From Jimgerdemannia flammicorona (Eukaryota): DNA of 33,823 bases. Both the position numbers and the translations under genes were made by a program. This document shows, one piece after another, positions 22,000-33,337 of the stretch. The notes under the pieces were generated by a model, which saw nothing but the letters and a program-made list of their open reading frames with translations, was not told the origin of the DNA and did no database searches. The DNA lies in NCBI GenBank assembly GCA_003990765.1, contig RBNJ01000299.1, positions 1-33,823 of the forward strand, written 5' to 3'. Position 1 is the stretch's first letter, and every line of letters starts with the position of its first letter.

Positions 22000-23273
22000 G
22001 TCTTTATATTGCAGATAGCGGTAGACCCCATACGTATTCCGTCACTGACATGCAATAAAGCTGTTCAAGAGCCTTCCATGTGATCTTCTTATCCGAGTCG
22101 GACAGTTTATTGCGCAAACCGTCGATGACAGCAGGATAGGTATTGTCACCGAGACAAGCCCTGCCATGTTTTTTGCAACGAGTACACGGGACGCTCCAAA
22201 ACATCCTTTGGCTTTCCATCTTGTACCAACCGCATGCCTGCCCGGCCCAACTCTTTCCACTTTCTTCAAGGAGACATAGCTAGGACAGCGCTTCTTCCTA
22301 CGCGGAAATCCGGACATTGAATGTATTTAGGCGGTGTTGCGATGGATGGTATAGTCGAAATCTATGTCGCATCAATTTTAGGAGAAAGTACCGAGAGAGC
22401 ACTTCCGGTTGCGATATTTGGTGATTGACATTGCGTAACTTCGCAGATCATCCAAGGCATAGCAACAAGAAGGTCTTCACCAAATATACTGGAGTTGAGG
22501 TCATTCTCCACGGTTGTGCTGCTGAAATTGGGATCTTCGTGATTGTGTTGATTGAATCCCTCCATAGAAATTTCATTGAGAACGGCACTGTCATTGCGTA
22601 TGGTCGAGATTGTCTTTTTCAATGTCCATGTGCTGAACAATTGGATAAAATTAAGATCTCTGTGGTGGTATTGATTGGATTCCTTACCGAGCGTGCTTAG
22701 TGAGAAGCTGATGCTGAAATCGGAGTCGAGATTAACTTGGAGAGATTCAGCGATGGTATGTCGAAACAGAAGTCGAGTTTATATTTGTCCACGTCCATAT
22801 GAAAGCCTTCGCTGAATAATGGGATAAAATTGGGATCTTCAGTGGCATTGGTTGGATTCCTCGCCGAGTGTGCTTGGTGAGTAGTCGATGTTGGGATCAG
22901 AGCCGAGGTTAATAACTTAGAGAAGTTCAGCGATGCCGTTGCCGGGTATTTCAAACCGGAAGTCGAGTCCATCTTTGTCGATGTCCATGTGAAGGTTTTC
23001 GTAGTGGTATTGGTTGAATTCCTCACCGAATCGCTTGGCGGGTAATCGATAGTCAATTTTATCTTTGTTGAAATTGTCGAAGTCAAAGAACGTGTTGAGG
23101 TCCTCTTCGACAGTGTTCATGCGCTGTAATCGAGGATGTCATAAATTTCACCATCCAGAATGCTGCGATCCAACTCGGTGTCGGATTGGCCATGACGGAT
23201 TTGAGTTGCGTCGATAGCATGGCGACTATAGTTGGGCTTGGAGAGCGTCACCATTAAAGAGGGTCAGACACAT
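22000..23273 (-). pseudogene. Zn2Cys6/acidic-repeat family paralogue B (frameshifted, 3'-truncated)
   Basis: ATG at 23273. Contains RRKKRCP, PCTRCKKHGRAC and VIDGLRNKLSDSDKKITWKALEQL. Similarity stops at ~22000. Confidence 0.88.
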
Positions 23274-23288
23274 CTAGCACATTGTAGA

Positions 23289-24700
23289 AAACACCACGCG
23301 GGAAACCCAACGGGCGATGACGGCGGGCGAATAGATAGTAAACCATTGGCCTTCACACGTCACTTGTTTTATACACAATGCGCGACGTTTCAAACCCATA
23401 TTGTTGTGGAATTTTGCACCTCTTTTTTTCAATTTGAAATATAAGACCACAATAACAAAAATGGTGATGGTGACCATTTGAGTTACTGTCGAAAGCTATA
23501 CAAAAATAAATGAAATGCAAGAGATAAGGGAGGGAGGCTACATTTATCCACAAGTGGTAACAAACGTATCAAGTGAAAGCACGAAGGATGTGCACGAGTT
23601 GTTATGGCGGCGCGCGCTGATGTGTGCGACTAGTGCTTACGAAAATTCAATGTTGCGCGATATTAAGACACCGGTAATTCAGCGAGATGATGTTGATGGT
23701 GAGTGTAGATTCACCATCTTGTTTTTTTACTGCTATCACTTTATAACACCGTTTTGACATATTTTATTTCATAAACGGTTTTCCTGTGTGCTCTGTGAAT
23801 TAAAGAAAAATTGACGTCCGAATCTACAAATCTCTTGTGATATGAAAGCCATTCCTTGTCTCATCCCACTCAAGGTTATCGACTGCCCAGCTTTTGTTCG
23901 ACATTATCCTTAAGTTCGACGTGATTTCCACAACTTTGACTGCGTCTTTCTTTTTTTTTGACCTTATTAAAACCCCGGCTGGTAATACCCGACAAATATG
24001 CCTTGTGCACCTGTGCGTATCTTGACAATTTTGCTGGCTTAAGGTTATCGGCGACACAGTCCTCCATCGCGTGCCTTGGTTCCTGCACGCTGTACTGGAG
24101 GTTGACAACCACGACCTTGGGCAGTAGTCGAACGACGCTATGCACAAGTACTTGAGCATGACAAAGCCGTAATAAATGTCCGTCACCGTGACGAACTGTC
24201 CTGCGTGCCGCTACCAAACAGGACTGCAAAATACTCGCTGCGGGCGGCGAGGAAACCCGTGCGAATGTGGGAGCTCCCGGTCGTCGATTTCGAAGGCGGA
24301 CGTCGCGGTTTGGAGGAAGTTCAATAATTGATATGTATGACAGAATGGACTCTATAGCTAATTACATATTAACAACTAGCCTCCGTGTAACGAGGTCTCT
24401 GGGTTACAAAGCTAACTTCCATGAAACCCAAGAAGCGTGGCCTTGTTCGAAAACATGAATAAAGCGCAAATTCAACAACGAAGTATTCATCTCGATGTAA
24501 TCCATTTCAAAGTCAAGTTGACGTAGACCAACGAATCCGTTGCCAAAGGCAATTCGCTTTTGCGGTAATTAGAAATGATTTGCGAACGTCTGATAGTAAC
24601 AGCCGTGACATCTAAAGCTTGTTGACATAGTTTATTTTGACGTAAAGGCGTCACCGCAGGCAAAACGGATATTGTACAGGTAGAAAACAGCTTGATGAAA
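23289..24700. repeat. Duplicated upstream segment of paralogue B, homologous to ~30271-31570
   Basis: Colinear shared blocks include GATGTGTGCGACTAGTG, AAGTACTTGAGCATGAC, GTCGATTTCGAAGGCG, CGTGTAACGAGGTCTC and TAGACCAACGAATC. Confidence 0.85.
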
Positions 24701-26074
24701 GGCATAGAAGACCCATAGGCGACGTTTTGAAATGTTCGGAGCCAGATCCTCGTTAGTCAAAGGGCATAACAAAGTCGAACTTTTAGACATCATTATTGTA
24801 GAGTAATGTGCACGTTAGGAAGCAGTTTGTTTCGAGATTTTAAATACGGTATTTGCATTAGGAGGGTTAGCGGATCATCTGCCTCCAGATCACGCCAGGC
24901 TGCGGAACGGGTTCCAGCCATGCTTAGGGGTTGGCTTTTTTTTTTTTTTTTTTTTTTTTAATCACTGCATATCTATTTCACGTCCACTCCCCTTCAACCA
25001 CAATGCAGACTCCAAAAATATCATCGACAGCAAATTTAAATATGTCTCAGGAAGGCTGGGACTTATGTAATTTGAGCTATGTTTTTTCACGGGTTAAATT
25101 GTAACTTGAATACCGTGAGTAAATGTCAGTGAACTTTAAGGTTTTATACTTTGGAGAGAGTAACAATTATATTGATCGGTTGATTTGTACTGTGTTAAAT
25201 GATCAAATCTGTATTGATATGTATATTGTTTGTGGCTTTTCAATTGCCTCCACCTCATATGCGCAAAGCTTCTAAATGAATGATTCGCTATTACGGTACG
25301 GTCACGCCAGGCACCACGCCCCTCAGGTCGTCTTCAGGCTGTTCCGCTGCTTTTACTCGGCGGCTTCATGGGATGTGCGTCGAAATTCGAATGTCTGCAA
25401 TGATGCCCACCGCGCTGGAGGGAAGGAATGTTAGACTGGAGTAAATGGCAATATTGATTCTCGCATTCCCAGCATACATACGCCGTTTATCCATCCGCCA
25501 TGATACGATAATTGCTTTTGCTTGCCAGTAGCTCTGCAACCTCCATCGATGAAACATGTTTTGTGAAGTTCCCATTTGACAGAATAAGAAGATCATGATT
25601 CAATCTTTCGTTTATGCCAACTTGCAATGTTCGCCGACCACCCGCAATCGCACCGCCAGTCGCATTGTGTCTGGGTCACGCTGTAATAAGATTACATGAT
25701 CGAACGTGAGGAACAGGCAGAGATTGGTCACGTGATGTGGTTTATAGAATCGTCACGCTTTCCACGTGCGATTGTCGTCACACGGTGCTAAGAGGACTCC
25801 TCCAGGAAAGGCATGCAAGTGGTGCAGAATCGACAAGAAGTGATGACAACGCAACCCTTGTATTCGTTGCCTTTATCACAACAGGTTTTGTTTCAGGAGC
25901 AGTATCTATCCTATTGTGATTAGTTGGCCCCAACAATAGCCTCCATTACAGATTAATGAGCTTTGCTCAAATTATGACAACTTATATTATTAGGGTAAAT
26001 AAATAACTGGTTTATTAGCTTGAAACTACTATCATTACTTCAATCCAACATAACCAGCATTGTGGAGTATAAAA

Positions 26075-26310
26075 TATTACAGATCAAAATGCTAAAATAA
26101 GGAACTTAGAGTCTAAAAAAGGTCATAAAAGTAGTCTTAGAGATATATATTCTCAGATTTGATTCAGATTTAGTAATAACTGAATATGAGGTCAATTTTG
26201 GTGAAGTACTTGATATTTTTGAGCATATTAAAGATTTGGTCAATAGGTGATAGAGAATATTAGTTTTTAATGATAAGCTTGTTGAGAGCTTAGTAGTTTA
26301 TATATAAAGG
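26075..26310 (-). pseudogene. Highly decayed Ty3/Gypsy RT fragment within an AT-rich, CpG-poor relic (~25910-26790)
   Basis: Translates as LYINY*ALNKLIIKN*YSLSPIDQIFNMLKNIKYFTKIDLIFSYY*I*I...KTTFMT, matching the Gypsy RT consensus LCIDYRALN...YPLPRID...YFTKIDL.SGYHQI...KTAF. Confidence 0.85.
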
Positions 26311-26992
26311 CTCTTTTTTTTTTTTTTTTTTTTTTTAATAAATAAAATTAGTGAATTAAAGAGAGACTTGTTAGATTAAATAGTTTTATATATAAGTAAT
26401 TTTCTAATTCTTTCTTAACTATTTCAATTTTGAGTAGTAATATTTCTAAAAATAGGGTTCAAATCAGACCCTCAATTCAATTTGAATTTGATTCAATTCA
26501 AAATTTATTTGAATTGAAAAATCCCCAATTCAATTTATTTGGGAATACTAAATATAATACATAATAATAATAATAACTTTTTGCAAGATTGATTCATTTG
26601 TTAAGCTATTTCTATAAATAAATAATAAATAAAGTATATTTGAGATTATTTTTATTTCATTTTATTTCATTTTATTTATTTTTTTAATAATATTTTTATT
26701 TTCTTCAAATAGTGTATAAAGATAGTATTTGAATATTTTTCAAATCTGTCGTATCAAATTTAAAAGACTGTTTTGTTTGCAGAATACTAAAAAAAAAAAA
26801 AAAAACTCAGACAGTTTCGAGTGTAAAAGAAATGAAACTTTCTTATAAATGCAAAGAAACTATGTCAACATTTATTTAGATATCTTGCTTGGCCAGCAAC
26901 GGTTGACATTAAAGGTAAAACGCCAGTTACATATGTAAAGATCCTAGGCATGATATACAGCACTATCCTTTACATCCTGAATAGGGTCCTAG

Positions 26993-27861
26993 CTAAACTT
27001 TTAAAACCTGTTGGAAAAAATCAGCCGAAAGCTGCAAGGCCTCCGTGGCACGCTGCTTGTTCAATGGGTCCGTGAAGTTACCACGCGCAGCTACCCAACC
27101 ATGATGCATGTCATCAAACCTATGGTGGTACGAGTGCGCGCCGAAAGGTTTGCTCTTGATAATGTCAAAGAATTCTGACAGGTCGGCTTCATCCTTGGAT
27201 GGTAGAAGCAGGATAGGTCCCTGGGCCTTTTGAGCATCTTCAAGGATCAGCTGAGACGGATGGATCAGCGCAGCGCCAGCATACCAGCTGTCTTTACCGG
27301 TGGCTGTGATGGCGATTTTGGCGCCCCAGCAAAAGCCTACAATGCCGACGGATTGAAACCCGGAGGAGGTGAGGTATTGTTTGACCTTGGCGAGGTCAGG
27401 AGAAATCTGGAAAATGTCGTGCATGCACCATATACACTAATCAGTAATGCATTGAATTGTGACGCCTTCTTAATCGCTCCGAATGACCACTTACCACATC
27501 CCAGTTTCCGACTGTGCCTATCCACTCCATCAATTTGTCCCTTCCGAGAGCCATCTTCTCAGGGGTGCACGGTTTGCCACGAAAGAAATCGGGCATGACA
27601 ACCCTGAATCCATGCGTGTTGGCCAGAATATCGGCGAACTGCTTGGTGTTTTGGCTGAATACATGATAATAAATAATAAATATGGATAATAACAAAAAGG
27701 GAGTGGAACAAAGAGAGTAATTGACCAAGATGTAATCAACAACGCCATGACTTACTGGAAGCCCATTATGTCGTAGACGACGATGACGGCACGCTTGGAA
27801 TCCTAAATAAAGGAAGAGGTTCGGTTAATATATATATATATATTTCTGGCAGTACTAAATC

Positions 27862-27905
<44 letters not shown>

Positions 27906-28032
27906 CATCAAGTACCTTTGGGCCAACGGTATAGACAGGAAGATCATCGATTTGCTCAAGCAGGCCCACAGGCGCATAATCCGATTCGACGGGTGGGACA
28001 GCGCAACAAACAGGAGGTAGGATGGCAGCCAT
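26993..28032 (-). CDS. Dienelactone hydrolase family (alpha/beta hydrolase, AIM2-like), 4 exons, 245 aa
   Basis: Exons 28032-27916, 27802-27756, 27654-27495 and 27406-26993, all with GT-AG introns, total 738 nt in frame. Motifs YDIMGF, VMPDFFRG, GFCWG (nucleophile), PSKDE and MHHGW. Confidence 0.93.
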
Positions 28033-29091
28033 GGGTATGGTGGATATGGAGTGTTATTGGGATGTTAAGAGAGAAGGAGAAGGTGCGTGAGAAATATATA
28101 CGCGACGCAACGTGACGATTCTTTCGGTATTTTACCGGTGTTTAATGTGATTGGTCGACGTTGTGGCACGGCAACGGAAAAATTGTTCCCGTGATTATAC
28201 CTAGTGGGGAGGTTGCGTGGCCCCTGCTTATAAAGCAATGCTATCTAGCAATATCATGCAGTCACGGTCGTGTGATCAGCTTGCCATAATTGACGATCAT
28301 CAGGGCCACAAAGATTGTGACAACTATGGCATACAGCAGTGTATATATACAGGAAGAAGCCCACAACATCGTCGTCCGACCGCAACCCTTATGCCGTCCA
28401 CAGCAGCGAGGACGACGAGGACTGGCACCTCATCAACGACGCCCGCCTCAAGAGAAACTTTTTCGCTTCATTCTGAACCCAGGAGAAAAAGCAACTGGAA
28501 GCAGATCTTGCCATCTATTTCGTAGCCAAGTTGACGTAGACCAACCAATCCATTGTCAAGGGGCATTCGCTTTTATGGTAAGTTTGAGATAATGTTAACG
28601 GGAGGCAAAGCCATAGTCAGGTTGGTAGACCATCTGATCCATTATCAATGGCCATTCGCTTTACGGTAAGTTTGAAATGACAAAGCAGTAACATCCGTGA
28701 CGTCTAAAGCTTAGTATAATTTATTTTTGACATAAAGTACGCCGACCGAGTATAAGCGTATGTAATATAGCATAGAGAGTTGGAGCTCGGGAAGAAATGG
28801 GAGGACCAAGAATGAACTATATACGTGTAAGCACGTTCATAAGTGATGTTAGATTCAAATATGCTCAAGCATAATTTCGCTTGTATGTTCAACTCAATTA
28901 TTAAAACATTTGTAATAAGAATTTTTTTAACCCCCGGTTAATCTGGTCATAGCCCCGCTCTGAGCTTCAATAACACTATGACCCATAACAATGGTGGCAA
29001 TCTCGCGTTACGACGGGACATCACATTTTCTTGGTTGCCGGCCGAGTGTGGTTAGCATGCTCTACGGGATCTTGCAGGTGGCCGATATTGC

Positions 29092-30108
29092 TTAGTTCTG
29101 TATCGAAGCCGAGGTTGGAGTTGGTTTTGTCGCGTTAATCAAAAAATCGCGGTAAAATGAGGATACGCTGTATTCTTGGCAATTGATAGCATAGATCTTC
29201 TGGATGCCGCCATGCTCCTTTGGATATTGCAGATAGCGGTCGATTCCATAGTGCTTTCCTTCACTGACAATGCTCGAGAGTCTGTCCGGTGATATTCTCA
29301 TCCGAGTCGGACAGCTTATTGCACAAATCGTCGATGATGGTAGGATAGGTATTGTCTCCGAGACAAGTCGTGCCACGTTTTTTGCAACGAGTACACGGGA
29401 TGGCTCCAAGACATCTCTTGGCTTTCGTCTTGCACCAAATTCATGCCTTGCCCCGCCCAACTCGTTCCACTTTCTTCAAGGAGACGGGCATTGATTGTAT
29501 TTAGGCGGTGTTACAATGGATGTAGTCGACTCTTGTGTCGCATTAATTTTAGGGGAAGGTATCGAAAGAGAATTTTCGGTTGTGGTAGTTGGCGATTAAC
29601 TTCGTCGACTTGACAGGCCATCCAAGGCGTAGCAACATGAAAATCTTCGCCGAATATGCTGGAGTTGAGATCATCCTCTATAATTGCTTCGGGGAATGAT
29701 TGAAAATCAACCACCATAGTTATACAGCTGGAATTGGGATCTTCGTGGTAACATCGATTGAATCCCTCCATATTAATCTCACTGGGAGTGAGGCTGTGAC
29801 CAGGTATGTCGATTGTCGATGTCCATGTGAAGGTTCTCGCTGGATAATCGGATGAAATTGGGTTATTCGTAGTGGTATTGGTTGAGTTCGTCACCGAGTG
29901 TGCTTAGTAAGTAGTCGATGTTGGGATCAGTGTCGGGTGTGTCGGAATGCGAGTCGACTTTATCTTTGTTGAAATTGTCGAAGTGTTCATGCTGCCGCCA
30001 TAGATTTCACAATCCAGGATGCTGAAATCTAGCTCGATCGCTAGCATGGTACTCCGATCCGAGTTGGCTTTGGAGGGCGTCCTCACCGTTAAAAAGTGTT
30101 AGACTCAT
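29092..30108 (-). pseudogene. Zn2Cys6/acidic-repeat family paralogue C (frameshifts; first cluster Cys is TGA)
   Basis: ATG at 30108. Contains GKA*IWCKTKAKRCLGAIPCTRCKKRGTTC and YGIDRYLQYPKEHGGIQKIYAIN. Confidence 0.88.
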
Positions 30109-30270
30109 CGGAATGGTGCAGAGGATGTTTGAATGGTTTGATAGAGTACGTTTTATAGGCCAAAAGAAAAAGGCAGTCCTAAGTCTGAAAAGTGACACCA
30201 CTTTTTACGGAACCGCTCAAAGGGGACACACAATTTTCTCTGGGCACGTGACAATGTCACACAATGTAGA

Positions 30271-31570
30271 AAATACCACGTGGGAAGGTTGGAACGGCAC
30301 ACCTACCCAACGAGCAAAGGATGAATGGATAGCCTCCACACGTCGCTTTGTTTTATTCTCCGCTATACAAAGTTGCGACGTTTCAAACATGGAACCGCAA
30401 CAACATTACTATCAAAAAAAAAAAAAAAAAAAAAAAATACGAGGTAGAGAGAGAGAGAGACTACATTTATACACAAGTACAAACATATCGAACGAACCGG
30501 TGATGTGTGCGACTAGTGAAAATTTAATGTCGCACGATGTTGAGGCACCGGAACCTCAGGAATCGGGAAGAGAGGTGATGATGTGAGTGTAGAATCACCA
30601 TCTTGTTTTTAGTGCTACAACTTTTGACACTTTTTTATTTCATTAAAGAGTTGTTCAGTAGATATTGTTTCTTTCCACTATCCTGTGTGTGTCGTAAAGT
30701 AAAGGTAACTGACGTCCACCTCTCCAAATATCTTGTGATATAACAATCATTTCCTGTATCATCCCGCTCGAGGTTAAACTACCCAGCTTTTTGCTTCACG
30801 TCATCTTTCGCAAGTGCGTCACAATCTCGTCAGTTAATGTCTCCTATTCCACAATATCGATCTCTTGACCTCACCAAAGTTTTTGCCGACATATCTTGCG
30901 CAGGGACAGGCACCTGTGCGATAATTGTGCTGACGGTTACCGGCGACACAGCCCTCCATCGTGTACTGGAGGTCGACAGCCTCGACCTTGAGCAGTAATC
31001 GAACGACCCCATGTATAAGTACTTGAGCATGACGAAGCCGTAATCAAAGTCCGTCGCCGTGACAAACTGTCCTGCTACCATGGCATGCCGCTGTCAAACA
31101 GGACTGCTGCAGGCGGCGAGTGCGGTCGTCGATTTCGAAGGCGTGCGTCGTTGTACTTTGGGATTTGGAGGAAGATTCAATAATTGATATGACAGAATAG
31201 ACTTTAATAACTACAGTAACGTAACTGGCCGAGTCAACTTCTAAAGGTCTGTAGGTTTACAACTAGCTCTCGTGTAACGAGGTCTCCGGGTGGTTCTATG
31301 AAACCCAAAAAACTCTGGCCACGTGGCTTTCGAACACATGGTAATAAAGCGCAAATATAACAACGCAGTATTCACCTTTATGCAACCCTTTGCAAATATA
31401 GACCAACGAATCTATGCCAAGGGCCATTCGCTTTTATGTTAAGTTAGAAATATTTTTAGCGAAAAGCAAAGCTCCGACTATTAGTAACATCAAAAGCTTG
31501 TTGGCATGGTTTATTTTTTTACATAAAGTCATGATCGTAGACAATGCATATGTCAACTGATAGAATGGAT
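30271..31570. repeat. Duplicated upstream segment of paralogue C, homologous to ~23289-24700
   Basis: Same colinear blocks as 23289-24700. In addition, 31400-31880 is echoed at 28530-28980. Confidence 0.85.
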
Positions 31571-31909
31571 ATATGGGAAATACAGTAAGAAATAAAGGAA
31601 GTATATAATCCGGAGTTAAAAAGACAAAGAATTGACCATAATTTGTGTAACCGCGTTTTTTGAGTGATGTTATCAAATAATTGGATTCGAATATGCTCGA
31701 GCATACACTCAGCTCAATAAATGAAGGGAAATTATATATATTAGGAAAGGGTATATAATGTTTTAATTGCACGTAATAGAAATTCTAAACTGGTTAATCT
31801 GCCGTGCACTGGTCATGGCCGCATCAGAGTTTGTGCCGTTATGCTCTGAGCCGACTCCTTCAATAAATGTTATGGACTGGCAATTCTGTATCACGATGAG
31901 ATGTGGTTT

Positions 31910-33337
31910 TCAGTCAGCATGTCCTTGATCACTTAGTTCTGTGTCGACATTGGAGTCGGTGCTGTTGCAATCCCGCAAGTATGAGACAAGTTTGGCATGA
32001 TAAAATGATAAAAGTTTTGGACGATTAATTGCATAAATCTTCTGGATGCCGCCATGCTCCTTTAGATATTGTAGGTAGTGGTTAACTCCATAGCGCCTTA
32101 TATCCCTGACAATGTAATAAAGCTGCTCGATTGCCTTCCTTGCGGTATTCTCATCTGAGTTGAACAGACTATTGCACAAACTGTCGATGATAGTAGGACA
32201 GAGGCAAAGCACGTTATCTTTTTTGCAACGAGCACACGGGGCGCCCCCAAAACATTTTTTGGCTTTCATCTTGCACCAACAGCACGCCTTGCCCGGCCCA
32301 ATTCTTTCCATTTTCTTTAAGGAGACGTGACGGGGACAGCGCTTCTTCCTTCTCGAACAGTCCAGGCATTGATTGTATTTAGGCGGCGTTGCGATGGATG
32401 ATGTAGTCGATTCTTGCGTCGCATCAATTTTAGGGGAAGGTACCAAGGGAGCATTTTCGGTTGCAATAGTTGGTGATTGACTGTGTGAAACTTCGGCGAC
32501 TTGACAGACTATCCGAGGCATAGCAGCAAGGCCTTCTCCAAATATACTGAAGTTGAGACCATTCTCTACGGTTGTGCTGTTGAAATTGGGATCTCCGTGG
32601 TTGTGTTGATTGAATCCCTCTATATCAATTTCACTGAGAGCGACACTGTCACCAGGTATGTCGAAACGGAAGTCGAGTTCATCTTTGTCGATATTCATGT
32701 GAAGGTCTTTGCTGAATAATTGGAATAAATTGGGATCTCCATGGTGGTATTGGTTGAATTCCTCACCAAGTGCGCTTAGTGAGAAGTCGATGTTGGGATC
32801 GGAAGAACGGGTGTCGAGTTTATCTTTGTCGACGTCCATGCGAAAGTCTTCGCTGAACAGTTGGATGAAATTGGGATCTTCGCCGTTGTATTGGTTGAAT
32901 TCCTCACCGAGTGCATTTGATGAGTAGTCGATGTTGGGATCAGAGTCGAGGTTAACTTGGAGAGGTTCAGCGATGCTGTCACCAGGTGTGTCAAAACGGG
33001 AGTCGAGTTCATCTTCGTGACGGCATTGGTTGAATTCGTCACCGATTGCGTTTGGTGGGTAGTCGATGTTAGGATCAGAGTCGGGTATATCGGAATGCGA
33101 GTCGATTTTTGCTTTGTTGAAATTGTCGAAGTCAAAGTACGTATCGAGGTCTTCTTCGACAGTGTTCATGCTGCTGTCATCGAGGATGGCATAAATTTCA
33201 CCATCCAGGATGCTGGGATCTAGCTCGAAGTCGAATTGATCTTGCTGGATGTGAGTTGCGTCGCTAGCATGGTACTCCGGTTGCGATTCGAGTTGGGCTT
33301 GGAGGACGTCCCCACCGTTAAAAAGAGCTAGACACAT
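31910..33337 (-). CDS. Intact Zn2Cys6 protein, paralogue D (~475 aa): acidic repeats, half-cluster, Zn2Cys6 cluster and importin-alpha-like C-terminal segment
   Basis: Uninterrupted ORF; the ATG at 33337 is also present in copies B and C. CCWCKMKAKKCFGGAPCARCKKDNVLC at 32204-32284 fits CX2CX6CX5CX2CX6C. Confidence 0.9.
   Translation of the reverse strand: MCLALFNGGDVLQAQLESQPEYHASDATHIQQDQFDFELDPSILDGEIYAILDDSSMNTVEEDLDTYFDFDNFNKAKIDSHSDIPDSDPNIDYPPNAIGDEFNQCRHEDELDSRFDTPGDSIAEPLQVNLDSDPNIDYSSNALGEEFNQYNGEDPNFIQLFSEDFRMDVDKDKLDTRSSDPNIDFSLSALGEEFNQYHHGDPNLFQLFSKDLHMNIDKDELDFRFDIPGDSVALSEIDIEGFNQHNHGDPNFNSTTVENGLNFSIFGEGLAAMPRIVCQVAEVSHSQSPTIATENAPLVPSPKIDATQESTTSSIATPPKYNQCLDCSRRKKRCPRHVSLKKMERIGPGKACCWCKMKAKKCFGGAPCARCKKDNVLCLCPTIIDSLCNSLFNSDENTARKAIEQLYYIVRDIRRYGVNHYLQYLKEHGGIQKIYAINRPKLLSFYHAKLVSYLRDCNSTDSNVDTELSDQGHAD

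Noticed and set aside
26440..26790. MITE or DNA transposon with terminal inverted repeats
   Set aside because: AATTC/GAATT-rich low-complexity sequence; no convincing TIR pair or TSD could be defined.
27766..27915. Poly-Lys peptide in the 88-aa ORF (also 20517..20735 and 30113..30586)
   Set aside because: Translation through homopolymers; here the tract lies in intron 1 of the hydrolase gene.
32560..33100. CRISPR-like or satellite array
   Set aside because: The repeats are degenerate, in-frame protein repeats with no constant repeat/unique spacer structure, and the context is eukaryotic.
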